Source: Azolla caroliniana
Taxonomy: Eukaryota; Plantae; Polypodiophyta
Assembly (NCBI GenBank): GCA_043228905.1
Contig: JBHGNT010000015.1
Span: 12,834,001 to 12,898,000, forward strand
DNA: 64,000 nucleotides
Direction of reading: 5' to 3'
This document shows, piece after piece, positions 1 through 12,260 of the stretch; within the stretch, counting starts at the first letter, position 1; the number at the start of each line of letters is the position of its first letter. A program made the position numbers and the translations under genes. The notes below the pieces were generated by a model. That model had not been told where the DNA came from. It worked only from the letters and a program-made list of their open reading frames with translations, and searched no databases.

Positions 1-729
1 GGAAACACCTACATATTGAGCTTTGGTAGAAGATAATGTAACTATTGTTTGCTTCTTTGATCTCTATTGTCTTCATTGTGTTTGTGGGAATTGGATGTGT
101 AAGTTGGCTCATGGGCCTACTCTTAGAATATTTCCTCTCTTGATGTGCACGGGGCACTAAGTGTCGCATCATGGACATATACCTTCCCATAAAATTATGC
201 ATGTATATACATACATACATACATGTGTGTAAACCTTGTAGGTGCATGTGCATGCAAAATACTATGTAAATATTTGTATTTGTGTAGGAGGGAGTCTTTA
301 TGTGAATAGGTATGTATGTAGACGTGTTAGGCATTTATTTTTGTATGTGTGTGAGTATATGTAAACAAATTTGTGTGGGAGGGGGTGTGTACACACTTTA
401 CTAAATAAAGCTTAGGCAAATGGAGGGGAAGGGACTTGGGGAATTTAAAGTTTGGAGTTACATACTTAGTAAATTGGGGAATATGCTACCTTGGATATAT
501 CAAATATTTGGGGTTTGGGGATATTAATAAGAGGTGAGAACCTTGGGCTCAGTGCCAAGCCTAGGTTCGATAATTGGTATGGTTCCAAGTAAGGTAGGCT
601 AGGCGATGAGTAGGCTCGACATGACTCCTCGTCTACAACAAACCACATCCTTGCTCTTAAGTAGAAGTGATCACACACTAGCATTGTACAAGAGAGAAAG
701 CATGTTCTCTTGTCAAGGTTTAAGAGAAA

Positions 730-1021
730 TGTTAGGATCGTGACCGACCACAACCGGTTTCTCGTATGTATATTCGGGGTGCAAAGAAACGAGTAAGACA
801 ATGCTCAGACATAAGATGAAGAATAGGAACGAAAGGATACAAAGACATGAGAGTTTTAACGTGGAAAACCTAGATGGGAAAAAACCGCGTGGAGTCCACA
901 AACTCCAAAGTTCAAACCAAATCACTATGTCGAGAGGAAGTACAATAAGAAACTATGAGGCAACGACCTCAAGATCTTCTTCGTCTGGTTGACAGACGAT
1001 TACAGAGTAGACATTCACTAA

Positions 1022-1066
<45 letters not shown>

Positions 1067-1348
1067 AGTTATAGAGGCAACAACCTCGTCAATAACTATA
1101 CAACTATGATTCAACTCTTTTTTCATAAAGTTTGCCCTAGTTGTATTTATACTAATTACAACTTTTTGGGCTATTTACAAATATGGTCCACATGGGCACA
1201 TTAAGACCATTTACAAAATTAGTCTCTCGAATCGGCTATTAAATCGATCATTTGATTTGTTGATTTTCGGCGTCAACCGAATTTCCTATGAACTCTCTAT
1301 TTGATTCGACTCGTACTCTTCCCATCTAGATGGACTTGTTTCCCAACA
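730..1348 (-). repeat. 3' LTR of Copia element 1 (Tnt1/Tork-like)
   Basis: TGTT...AACA termini. Followed on + by aactccccct, the reverse complement of PPT AGGGGGAGTT. Shares the GGACTCC..GTGGTTTTTCCC..TTTCCACGTTAA block with the LTR at 4959. Contains a (CT)n(CA)n microsatellite. Confidence 0.85.
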
Positions 1349-3531
1349 AACTCCCCCTTCACTCCAGCATGGGGTGCTTCATCAATCTGACACTTTATCG
1401 GCACACATTCAACTTCTCGGCCGACAACACCTTTGTCAGCATGTTTGATCCGTTTTCAGCTGTGTGGATCTTCATCAGAGCAAACTCCTTTTCTTCTACT
1501 CGCTCTCGGAGCCAATGGTATCTTCTTTGGATGTGCTTGGTCCTTGAGTGGTAGGCGACATTCTTCGCAAGCTAGATGACACTCTGATTATCATAGTAGA
1601 GTCAAAATTCCTCTTGCCGAAATCCCAACTCTTCGAAAAACTCCTTCATCCATATTATTTCCTTTGCGGCTTCTACAACAGCCATATACTCGGCTTTCGT
1701 GGTTGATAGTGCCACGACCTTATCCAGCCTCGACTACCATGATACAACTCCCCTTGCAAAAGTCATTATGTATTCGGACGTGGATCGGTTGGTATCAGTA
1801 TAACCTTCCAATGTGGGGTTACATGAGCCGAATCGAAGACACACACTGGAGGTGCCTCTCAGGTACTGAAGTATCCATTTGATTGCCGTCCAATGTTCCT
1901 TGCCGGGATTGCTTATAAATCAGATGACGACTCCAATTGCATAACCAATCTCTGGCCTAGTGCAAGCCATTGCATACATTAGGCTTTCGACTGCTGAGGC
2001 ATAGGGAACCGTCATCATCTTAGCTTTTTCCGCCTTCGTTTTCGGACATTGGTTTTTGCTTAGCTTGTAGTTTGTCGGCAGTGTCGAGCCGACCGATTTC
2101 GAATTTTACATGGTGAACCTCTAGAGCACCTTTGTCATGTATTTCTTCTGTGACAGCCATAACAACTTCTTTGTCCGATCACGAACAATGTGCACACCTA
2201 GAATTTGATTTGCTAGACCCATATCCTTCATCGCAAACGATTTGCTCAGGGCCTTCTTCAAACTTCCGATTTTCTTCTGGTCCTGTCCGACGATTAGCAT
2301 GTCATCAACATACAACAGGAGGATGAGAAAATCTCCTCCATCATATTTCTTAACAAAGACACAATGATCAGCTTGTGTCTTGTCGAAACCGTGATCCACC
2401 ATGAAGGATTCGAATTTTCGGTACCTTTGCCGAAGTGCCTGCTTCAATCCATATAAGCTCTTCCTCAATTGACATACTAGGTTTTCTTTACCTTTCTCCA
2501 CGAATCCTTCTGGCTGGTGCATGTAAATCTCTTCCTCCAAATCTCTATGAAGGAAGGCGGGCTTGACGTCTAGATCCTTGACTTCGAGATCCATATTGAC
2601 CGCTATCCTCAGCACTATTCAGGTTGACGTCATCTTCACTATTGGGGAAAATATCTCATCAAAATCCACACCCTTCTTATGTTGAAAGCCTTTCACCACG
2701 ATTTGGGCTTTATGGCTGGGTGAATTTCCGCCATCTCCCAGTTTTAGTTTATATATCCAATTATTTCGGAGCACCTTCTTTACTTTCAACAACTCGGTCA
2801 ATTCGTATGTGTGGTTCTTATGCAAGGAGTCCATCTCATCTTGCATGGCACTCAACCACTCTCGGTTGTGGGTATCTCTCTTTGCTTCCTCAAATCTCTA
2901 TGGCTCCTCCTCATCTATTAACAACATGAACTCATTATCCGGAAATCTCTAGGGGACTCTTTTCTCTCTTACGGGATATCTTCTGCATCCATTCGGCACT
3001 GTCAGTTCTTCTTCGACTTCTTTGGCCGAGTCAAATTCGCTTCCATGTTCGGTCGGTTCCCCTTGGTCCTCGATTGGTTCTCGATTTTGCCAATTATCGA
3101 ATCGGTCGATTGGTTCGTATCCGATTTCGGTCGATTCGACCGATCCTCAACTCGGCTAGAATTGGAGGCTGGAGGCTTATTCTCCGTCTCCCAATCGGTT
3201 ATTGTCTTTTCTTCTATGAAGAAAATATCTCGGCTTCTAATCACCTTCTTGTTGATAAGGTCCTATAGCCGATAGTCGAATTCTTCGTCGCCATAGCTGA
3301 GAAATATGCATGGCTGAGATTTCAGATCTAACTTTCCCCTTTGGTCCTTAGCCACATGCACATAGGCAAGACAGTCGAACACCCTCAAGAGCCGGCACGA
3401 TACGTCTTTGCCGGTCCACACCCTTTGTGGAACATCTCCATCCAAGGGTTTTGAGGGTGATCTATTTATTACATACGTTGTCGTCATCAGCGCCTCAGTC
3501 CAAAATGTCTTGGACAACATGGCATGTGCTA
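1349..3531 (-). pseudogene. Copia element 1 degenerate pol (integrase C-term, RT, RNase H); 5' part lost
   Basis: ORF fragments KTFWTEALMTT..FDCLAYVHV..GDEEFDYRL (IN) and LDVKPAFLH..SLYGLKQ..LLYVDDML (RT); many stops and frameshifts. Abruptly joined to gypsy gag sequence at about 3531. Confidence 0.9.
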
Positions 3532-5284
3532 TCCCTTCTGTGCAAGCTTCAACCGTGCTTGCCTCGCTCTCGCTTCGACATTCTAGACAACTGTGTCTGC
3601 ACACACTCGTCCTCCCCAAATCGGCAATCATCGCCTCACCATCCCTAACCTTGTCGTCGATCGTTCTTTCTTTGCAAGTCGAGAGGGTGGCTCGCTCCAC
3701 ACCCTCTCCCGTGGTACCGATGTACTGCTCTCCGGCCTCTACATAGGCCCGATCTTCGCTTTCGTGCTCGCTACTTGGCCCTTACACAACTATATTGCAT
3801 GCATCTCGTTCCGCTCTTCATTGTGTACTTCTTCGGGTCAACACACATTTTCCCTGACTCCCGAGTCGGTCCCCTCCAGTTTGGTGTCCTCTACATCCTT
3901 CGGTAACATTGCTCTGCTCCAAGGAACACCCTCTTCACTCGATTGGCCCACTTGGCCTCCGCTGTTCTCCGCGGCACTCCACTCGATTCTCTCAGTGCCT
4001 TCGCCTACTGCGACCTTCATCCCCTCGCCGCAACCATCCGTCTCCTCGGTCTTATGTTGATCCGCAACGGCCGAAGTCTCTGGGTTAGGTGTGGAGGATC
4101 CCTCTCGAGTCTTCTCTTCGGGCCACCGACTTTGCTCATTCCCTTCTTTGCGTTCACCCCTTGTTTGCTTCTCTCCAGATCGGTCATCGAGAATTCGACA
4201 TTCCTGGTTCTCATTTGGACCTGTCCCTTGCCGATCGGGCTTAGCTGTCTCTCCGTTGTCTTCTGCATCTTGGCCCGGTTTCAATCGAATGATCCATGCT
4301 CGGATCGTGCTCCATCCGAATCGGAATGCTGACCGGATCTGCTCCCGGTCGGGCCGACTTCCGACTCTGCTTCTTTCGGCACCGCCTCTTGCCTCTATAC
4401 TTCATTCTACCGCGGCTTCCTCCTTGGCCTCCTTGTAGGCCATCCCCCATCCATCTTCATTGGCATCGTGCCAGGACTCCTCGCTACCGCCTTCCATCTC
4501 TCCGGTCTTACGTTGCCACGGTGGCCGAACTGTCGAAGTCTCCGGAAATGGTGTGGAGGGCTCTTATCCACATCTATCTTTGCATGGGCTCACCGGCCCT
4601 TGTTGTATCCTCCTTCGTCTAGGCCTACTCGTCCTTTGCTCGGATCGGTCTCAACCGATTTCGTCTTCCGCACCCGCCATGGTTTCGTCTTTGGCTGCCT
4701 TGCCGGCCTCACCCTCCCTTTTGCGCATGCTGGCCTCGGGCCATGTCCTTTCACCGCCACCTTCCGTCTCTCCGGTCTCACGCCGGCTTACGGGCCCAAT
4801 TGCCGAAGTCTCCGGATCCAGTGTGGAGGGACCGCTCAGTCTGCACTCCTCCGCATTGCCGGATCCCGTTCTCCAATCGCCACCTTCCATCTCTCTGGTC
4901 TGACATCGGCTCTCAGGGCCGCCTGCCAAAGTCTCCAGGTTAAGTGTGAGGAGACCCATGTTAGGATCTCGGTCCCTCCGGATGGGATACGAAGGCCCGA
5001 CATCGGAAGACCTGGTGAGAACCGGATGTGGAGTACCCAGAACTGGAAGTCCCGGTGAGAACCGGATGTGGAGTACCCGGCAACGAAAGACCCGATGAGA
5101 ACCAGATGTTGCAGGCCTGGTGAGAACCTCTCACCGGATGAAGGGACATATATGTAAATAAGTTCCTGAGAATCCACTGGGGCTATATTTGTAAATAGCC
5201 CAAAAGTCATATTAGTATAAATATGACCTAGGGCAAACTCAATGTAGATTGTAGAGTTATTGGTGTAACTCCTATACAATGCGT

Positions 5285-5326
<42 letters not shown>

Positions 5327-5605
5327 CAGAGATTGTGTCTCTGTTGTAACCACCGCTAGGCGAAGATTGTGAGCAAGAGGTCGTTGCCTCTGTGCTCCCT
5401 ATTGTATTGCTCGACATAGTGATAGTTTGGAGTTTGTGGACTCCCGTGGTTTTTCCCTCTCAGGGTTTTCCACGTTAATATCCTGTGTATTCTCTTTCTG
5501 TTTTGTGTACTTACCTCCATTCCCATTTCTTTTGTGTCTGATTGTCATCAAGTGATCTACGCTTCGGTTGTGGCCGGAGATTATTCCGCATATTTCTCGT
5601 CAAAC

Positions 5606-5617
5606 TGGTATCAGAGC
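5606..5617 (+). promoter_or_regulatory. Primer-binding site complementary to tRNA-iMet
   Basis: TGGTATCAGAGC 3 nt after the LTR end; canonical plant Met PBS. Confidence 0.95.
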
Positions 5618-5633
5618 GAAACGACACAGAAAA

Positions 5634-8265
5634 ATGGACGATTCGTTGGGAGGCATGTTCAAGCTCACCAGCTCCAACTACTCAGTGTGGAAGTCGAAGA
5701 TGAGGGACATCCTCAATCTTTGGTTGCCGGTTCAGTTCGGGGACAAGAGACCAGACAAAATCGATGCCACGATATGGGAGGTGATGCACATGAAGACAAC
5801 GGCGTACATACGGTTCTTCATCGACATGAGCTTATACAACAACTTCAATGAAGAGAGCAAGGCTCATGAGCTCTGGGAGAAGATCGGCATTATGTTTCAG
5901 AACAAAAATGTTGTTAATCAAGTTTCGGTATTTCAGAAGCTAGTAAGACTCCGGTACCAAGATGGCTCCAGCATGGCAGAGCACATGAATGCCTTCCAGG
6001 GGCTGATACACCAGGCAACATCATTGGAAGTACCTCTCGCCGATGAGGTACTAGCACTACTCCTGCTCGGTTCCCTCTTAGATAGCTGGGAGACGTTGGT
6101 TGTCACTTTGGGCAACGTCGGGCCGGAAGGGAAACGGTTATCCCTACCAAGAGTGAAGTCGAGCTTGCGAGATGAGGAGGCACGTCAGAAAGACAAGGAT
6201 ACGAGCTCCGACTCCAAAGCGCTCCTTACTGAATCAGAATGCGGAAGACAAAGGAACCGTAGTCCCCAGAACCGGGAAAAGTTGGGGACACGGTCAAAGT
6301 CAAGGGGGAGGCCTACTTGCTTCTATTGTGGCCGGGACACTTCTAGAAGAACTGTCGGCACTTCCAAAACAACAAGGAAACCGACGGTACCGATTCGAAG
6401 CGGACACCGGACCGGAACGGTAAAGACCAGAGGGGACCGGACCGGAAGGGAACGACGGCAATCACGGCAAGTGAAGAAGAGTTGATGCTCATCACCGAGG
6501 AGAGTGAGTTGAACCTTGCCGACGACGAGACAACGTGGGTTATCGATTCTGGAGCATCGTTCCACCTTACCCCAGACCGGAAATGCTTCTCATCCTACAC
6601 AGTCGGTGATCACGACTGTGTCCGGATGAGGAATGAAGGGACATGCCGAATTGTCGACATAGGAGACGTGTGGTTGACAACACCAACCGGATGCAAGCTG
6701 CTGCTGAAGGATGTCTGACACGTTCCGGAGGTTCGACTGAACCTGATATCAGCTGGTCTGCTAGATGATGAAGGCTACACGGGTAGCATCTGGAACAGAG
6801 TCATGAAATTCAGCAAAGGGAGCCTGATAGTGGCTCGGGCCCGGAAGGTCAACACGTTGTACCTGATGAATGCCTGGTTACGCCCGGAAGAAGTGAACGT
6901 GGCTTCCGACACTACCGGTGAGCTATGGCACAAGAGACTGTGTTACATGAGTGTGAAGGGGATGAAGAGGCTTGTCGATGACAACCTCATTCCGGTGAAG
7001 AACGTGCATCTTGAGAGGTGCACCGACTGCCTAGCCGGTTAGCAAAACCGGACCTCCTTCCAATCAAGGCCACCGATGAGATGCAATGCACCATTGGAGT
7101 TGGTGCATACCGATGTGTGTCAAGTGGACACGAAGTCCCATCCCAGAGCGCAATACTTGTCACGTTCATAGATGACCACAGCAGGAGGCTGTGGGCCACA
7201 CTGTTGAAGACGAAGGATCAGGTGTTATCCGTCTTCAAGGAGCTCCATGCAAGAGTGGAAAGAGAAACCGGATGGAAGCTTCAGGCGGTTCGAGCTGATA
7301 ACGGAGGGGAATACCAGGGGAAGTTCGAGGAGTATTGCCGCTTGAAGGGAATCCGGCTCGAATTTAACGTGCCAAAGACGCCAGAACTAAATGGGCTAGC
7401 CGAGAGGATGAACCGGACCATAATGGAGAGGGTCCGGAGTATGTTAGCACATGCTAAACTACCCAAGACGTTTTGGGCTAAGCCGTTGTTGACAACGACG
7501 TATGTGATAAACAGATCACCCTCAGTGCCCTTGGATGGAGACACGCCGTAAAAGGTGTGGACCGGTAAGGAAGTGTCCTACTGGCATTTGAAGGTGTTTG
7601 GGTGTCTCGCGTACGTGCATGTTGCTAAGGACCGGAGAGGAAAGTTGGATCCAAAGACCCGACCATGCATATTCCTCGGATACGGCGATGATGAGTTCGG
7701 CTACCGAGTGTTGGATCTGGTTGACAATAAGGTTTTCCGGAGCTGAGACATTATCTTCATGGAGGACAAGACTCTTGCCAACTGGGAGTCGGAGAAGAAG
7801 ATAATGAACTCCGATGAGATTCGAACCCACCCGGCTAAGAATCGGTTGACACTCGAGGAACCAACTGGTTACGGTGAGGATACCGAACCGGCAGAAGAAG
7901 AAGTAGAGGAAGCTTAAACCAGAACCGGCCAAGACCCCGAATCGGATTTGGATGAAGAACAAATAGAGGAGCCGGTTGCCGAAAGCCAAAGATGGAGATA
8001 TCCTCTCAGAGAGAGAAGGCCCCCCCGGAGATTTCCGGATGCAGAGCATGTGCTGCTGACCTATGAGGGGGAGCCGGAAAGCTTCGAAGAAGCGAAGGGT
8101 GACACCCATAGCCGCAAGTGGTTGAGTACCATGCAGGACAAGAGGGATGCCCTGAATGAGAACCACACGTATGAATTGGTGGAGTTGTCGAAAGGAAAGA
8201 GGGCACTCTGAAACAAGTGGGTGTACAAGCGGATCGGATTGACGAGGCATCCCATGCCGGAGTGA
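5634..8265 (+). pseudogene. Copia 2 gag-protease-integrase, disrupted
   Basis: Gag (NYSVWKSKMRD, LLGSLLDSWETLV, CFYCG), protease WVIDSGAS, GAG-pre-integrase LWHKRL, integrase FIDDHSR..RADNGGEY..NGLAERMNRT. RT stops at KWVYK. Confidence 0.9.
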
Positions 8266-8559
8266 AGGGGGAGTTTGTTAGGATCTCGGTCCCTCCGGAT
8301 GGGATACGAAGGCCTGGCATCAGAAGACTCGGTGAGAACCGGATGTGGAGTACCCGGCAACGGAAGACCCGGTGAGAACCAGATGTTGCAGGCCCGGTGA
8401 GAACCTCTCACCGGATGAAGGGACATATATGTAAATAAGTTCCTGAGAGCCCACTGGGGTTATATTTGTAAATAGCCCGAAAGTCATATTAGTATAAATA
8501 TTACCTAGGGCAAACTCAATGTAGATTGTAGAGTTATTGGTGTAACTCCTATACAATGC

Positions 8560-8595
<36 letters not shown>

Positions 8596-9531
8596 TATAC
8601 AGAGATCGTGTCTCTGTTGTAACCGCCGCTAGGTGAAGATTGTGAGCAAGAGGTCGTTGCCTCTGTGCTCCCTATTGTATTGCTCGACATAGTGATAGTT
8701 TGGAGTCTGTGGACTCCCGTGGTTTTTCCCTCTCAGGGTTTTCCACGTTAATATCCTGTGTATTCTCTTTCTGTTTTGTGTACTTACCTCCATTCCCATT
8801 TCTTTTGTGTCTGATTGTCATCGAGTGATCTACGCTTCGATTGTGGCCAGAGATTATTCCGCATATTTCTCGTCAACCCATAGGACCGTCCTTCGTTTCG
8901 TCTCTTCCTTTCGTACTTCTCTCGGACTGAGTCGCCTCGTCGCCACCTTCCATCTCTCCGGTCTCATGTTGCCACATTGGCCAAATTGCCGAAGTCTCCG
9001 AAAACGGTGTGGAGGGATCTCTCCGTCTGTCAAATCTCGGGGCTCAACCCCAGACCTCCGACTTGTCGTCATCCTTCTCCTTGGAGTTCCCATCGCCTCT
9101 TCCATCTCCCCAGTCTAAACTCTCGGAACACCTTCGTTGCGCCCCGGTGGGTCTTTGCCGATGCTACCCATTGGTCGAAGTCACGCCGCCCCCTGCTTTT
9201 TGGTCGTCCTCCGTACGCCTGCAGGAGCGCCCCTTTGAAGGCCTCCCACGAATTATGAGCTTCTCAAAGTCCCTTTACTTCCGCGTACCTCTGGTCATCT
9301 GCGACCTGACTAAAGAACTCCAACCTCAACTCCTAGTCTATGCCGCGGACGTCCATCTCCGCGTTGTAGGCTTCCAAGTAGAATAAGACTTTGTCCCCGT
9401 CGAAACGACCGACTCTTTCGACCATACACTTGGCTGCTTGTCTCATCGTCACTTGTCCGAACTCCATCACCACTTCGGCCACCATCTCTGGGAAGTCATC
9501 ATCTTCTAATTCCATCCTCCATTGCCGCCCT

Positions 9532-9549
9532 TTCATGTCGGGTTCACCA
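9532..9549 (-). promoter_or_regulatory. PBS of gypsy A, tRNA-Trp type
   Basis: TGGTGAACCCGACATGAA on - strand. Complementary at 17/18 nt to the plant cytosolic tRNA-Trp 3' end as I recall it (TTCACGTCGGGTTCA-CCA). Confidence 0.75.
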
Positions 9550-9710
9550 AAGATGTCGTGGAAATCCGCGGGTATGTGTCAGATCCGAGGTAGGACCACC
9601 GAGGTCTTGGACCTGAGAGAGATGGAGCATAGAAGGTCGAGCTTCACCGTTTCTGGCGACTGACTAGGACACCGACTAGAGTGTTTCCAGATACGTACAG
9701 GAAGCAACTG

Positions 9711-9753
<43 letters not shown>

Positions 9754-9850
9754 AACACGCACGCAACACCGACTCATCACACGTTTCCTATGTACAGAAA
9801 CCGGAAAGAAACACAACCGACACCAAAAGAGACACAGAAATGCACAACCC

Positions 9851-9886
<36 letters not shown>

Positions 9887-10387
9887 AGGAAGATACAACT
9901 CCGGCTTTGAGCCGGTCTAAGGTAGATTAGGTTACAACAAAGGTCTGCTGCCAAGCCGCCAATCGTGGAGCTCTCGGGCTCGTCGCGCCGAGCGGGGTCT
10001 TGCATAGGAGACAGAGCGGAAGCGAACCTCCCTAGGACATACGAGCTCTCTACTGGACTAAACCCTTAACTGACACAAAGACAACCCACACGACGACAAA
10101 GAAGAAGACCTAAATGAAACCCTAAAACGAAATAAGGAAATAAGAAGAAGAGAAAACTACCAAACCCTAGATCAAAGTGGTATACCCTCCTAACTCAAAA
10201 TGTGCAACCCCTCATAAGAGTCCCTTCCTCTCCTTTTATAGTCCAAGGAGGGAAGGACGTTACAATGTAGGATAAATATCCCCTTTTTATTTTATACACA
10301 TTTTCGAATGTAATGTGCACATGGTGCACATTGCCGACTTTGCCCATTCCATCATTATGGCATCACCCGGACTTGAACCTCGAACCT

Positions 10388-11817
10388 TGTAATCCATAAT
10401 TGAAAACCGCACCCATTAAGATAGCTTATTGTCATTTGAGAGGATAAAAGCTACTTTTTGTATTAGATTGATTATTGTAAAAACTCTAGACCATTCTAGA
10501 ATGTTCTAGAATGTCCTAGAACATTCTAGAACATTATAGAAATCTCTAAGCTATTCTATAGAAATAAGGGCATACATGTATTCTCAAATCAATTCGAATC
10601 AACACCAGTCTTTAGCTCTCATTACATATCTTGTATCCATTCTCTTTCTTTCTCTATCTTAATAGACCCATTCTTCTCTTAGCATTTCGTTCCTTTTCTT
10701 CTCATGTTCCCTTATATCCTTCTTCCATCACTCTATCTTTTATTCTTCGTTCTGATAGTTTGATTCGAATTCCCTCTCCCTCTCCCTCTCTCTCTCATCC
10801 TCCTCTGTAACAATCACGAAAGCATGGCCGCCATTAACTCAGAAGAATATCTCACCCTTGTTGCAGAAATGGAGAATCTTAAATCCAAGTTCGCATCTCT
10901 TGAAGTAGAGAATCAACGTCTACTTGGGGATCTACAAAAGGTTACTATAGAGAAGCAGCAACAACAAGAGGAGTTCACGTGACAGGTTCAACAGTTAGAG
11001 TCAACAATCGTAGTGTTACAACAACAAAGGGTCGAAGGTCAAAGACTTATCAAGGAGCCCAAAATCAGTCTCCCAGCTAAATTTGATGGTTCAAGGGCGC
11101 ATTTCCGAGGTTTCTTGATTCAAGTACGGTTGGTGATTCAAATGCATCCCACACGTTATCCGACAAATGCATCACGAGTCAGGTTAGTGGGCACCTTATT
11201 GACTGGCATAACGTTGTCGTGGTTTGCTCCATTGCTAGATACAAATTCTCCTCTACTGAATAATTTAGAGGAATTTATCAAAGAATTTAAGGCTTGTTTT
11301 GGAGATACTGATGGGGCGAGAACAACTATCAACAAGATTCGTAGACTATGTCAAGATGATCAACCACCTTTGACATATGCAACCAATTTCCGTCTCATCG
11401 CATGCGATAGTCCTTGGGATGAACAAGCCCTAATAGAGAAATTCCGTTCAGGCCTTCGTAGTGATGTCAAAGACTTACTTCTTACCTTCCCCAAGGATCC
11501 AAGATACCTTACAGAAGCTATTAGTCGAGCAATACAATGTGATAATCGTCTTTTTTAGCGTCGATGTGAGAGACAACAACAAATAACAAGATCAAGATTC
11601 ATACCAACTTATGCATCAGTAACGGTGCAATCATCCCCAAGGCAAACATATAGCCCTGCTCCAACTCCAAGGCAAACACGTAGTCTAGTCCCAATGGATA
11701 ATCCTACACCCATGGAGATCGATATCACTCAACGACGAGGACCATTGTTGGACGAAGAGAAGCAATGACGTCGAGCAAACCGTTTGTCGAGGACCATTGT
11801 TGGATGAAGAGAAGCAA
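10388..11817 (+). mobile_element. 5' fragment of a second Ty3/gypsy family (Tcn1/Tf1-sushi-like gag), truncated
   Basis: LTR-like start TGTAAT at 10388 with TCTAGAA repeats. Gag ATG at 10824 is in frame with EPKISLPAKFDGSR..SGLRSDVKDLL..PMEID and has premature stops. No tRNA PBS seen. LTR end is either 10626 or 10812. Confidence 0.7.
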
Positions 11818-12206
11818 GGACGAAGACGAACACACGAGCACCACAAAAATGCCGACCCCAACGAACCACGACCACCCGAATGATGAGCACACGGGCTCGC
11901 AACGACGAACGAGGTGAAGCAACATCGAACCCACGAAGCTTAGGATCACGAGCACTTCGAGTGCCAACGCGAAGAAGACGAGCATGTGGTGATGAGGGGA
12001 TGAAGGGGTATGAGATGAAGGGAATTGGTGAAGATGAAGATGAAGAGCTCCGAAGGAAAAATGGCAATAGTCTCCTCCTCCCAAAATGTCCTCCCAAATG
12101 AGCCCCCCTCGACTTCCTTTTATAGGAAAAAAAGAAGGGGGGTTGCCAATTTTGCGTTCAATGAAAAAGGAATAAAATTCCTTAAATCACATTGCATTGT
12201 AAGACC

Positions 12207-12260
12207 AAATTTGAACCAAGCACCTCTACCTAGAAGTCAATGTGACTATCCACTAGCCCA
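12207..12260 (-). promoter_or_regulatory. tRNA-like Pol III A-box/B-box in the 3' LTR of gypsy B
   Basis: - strand: TGGGCTAGTGG, 32 nt, GGTTCAAATTT. Confidence 0.6.

Larger units (their letters stand above)
4959..8875 (+). mobile_element. Copia element 2 (Tnt1/Tork-like): both LTRs and TSD, RT/RNase H deleted
   Basis: LTRs 4959-5602 and 8276-8875 (TGTTAGG...CGTCA). TSD ACCCA at 4954-4958 and 8876-8880. PBS TGGTATCAGAGC at 5606-5617. PPT AGTGAAGGGGGAG before 8276. Confidence 0.95.
3532..10387 (-). mobile_element. Gypsy element A: 5' LTR, PBS and degenerate gag; interrupted by Copia 2, pol lost
   Basis: Gag start MKGRQW..GRFDGDKVLFYLEAYNAEM (9536) resembles element B gag (FNGRDTTSYLDAYKAEM). 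PBS at 9532-9549. LTR edge TGTCGTG at 9554 on +. The far LTR end is ambiguous (10362, or cut at 10387). An internal repeat (cgccaccttccatctctccggtct..gccgaagtctccgga..gtgtggaggg) occurs on both sides of the Copia 2 insertion. Confidence 0.75.

Noticed and set aside
3593-5058. Many overlapping GC-rich ORFs
   Set aside because: Antisense or shifted frames of the repetitive gypsy A gag region.
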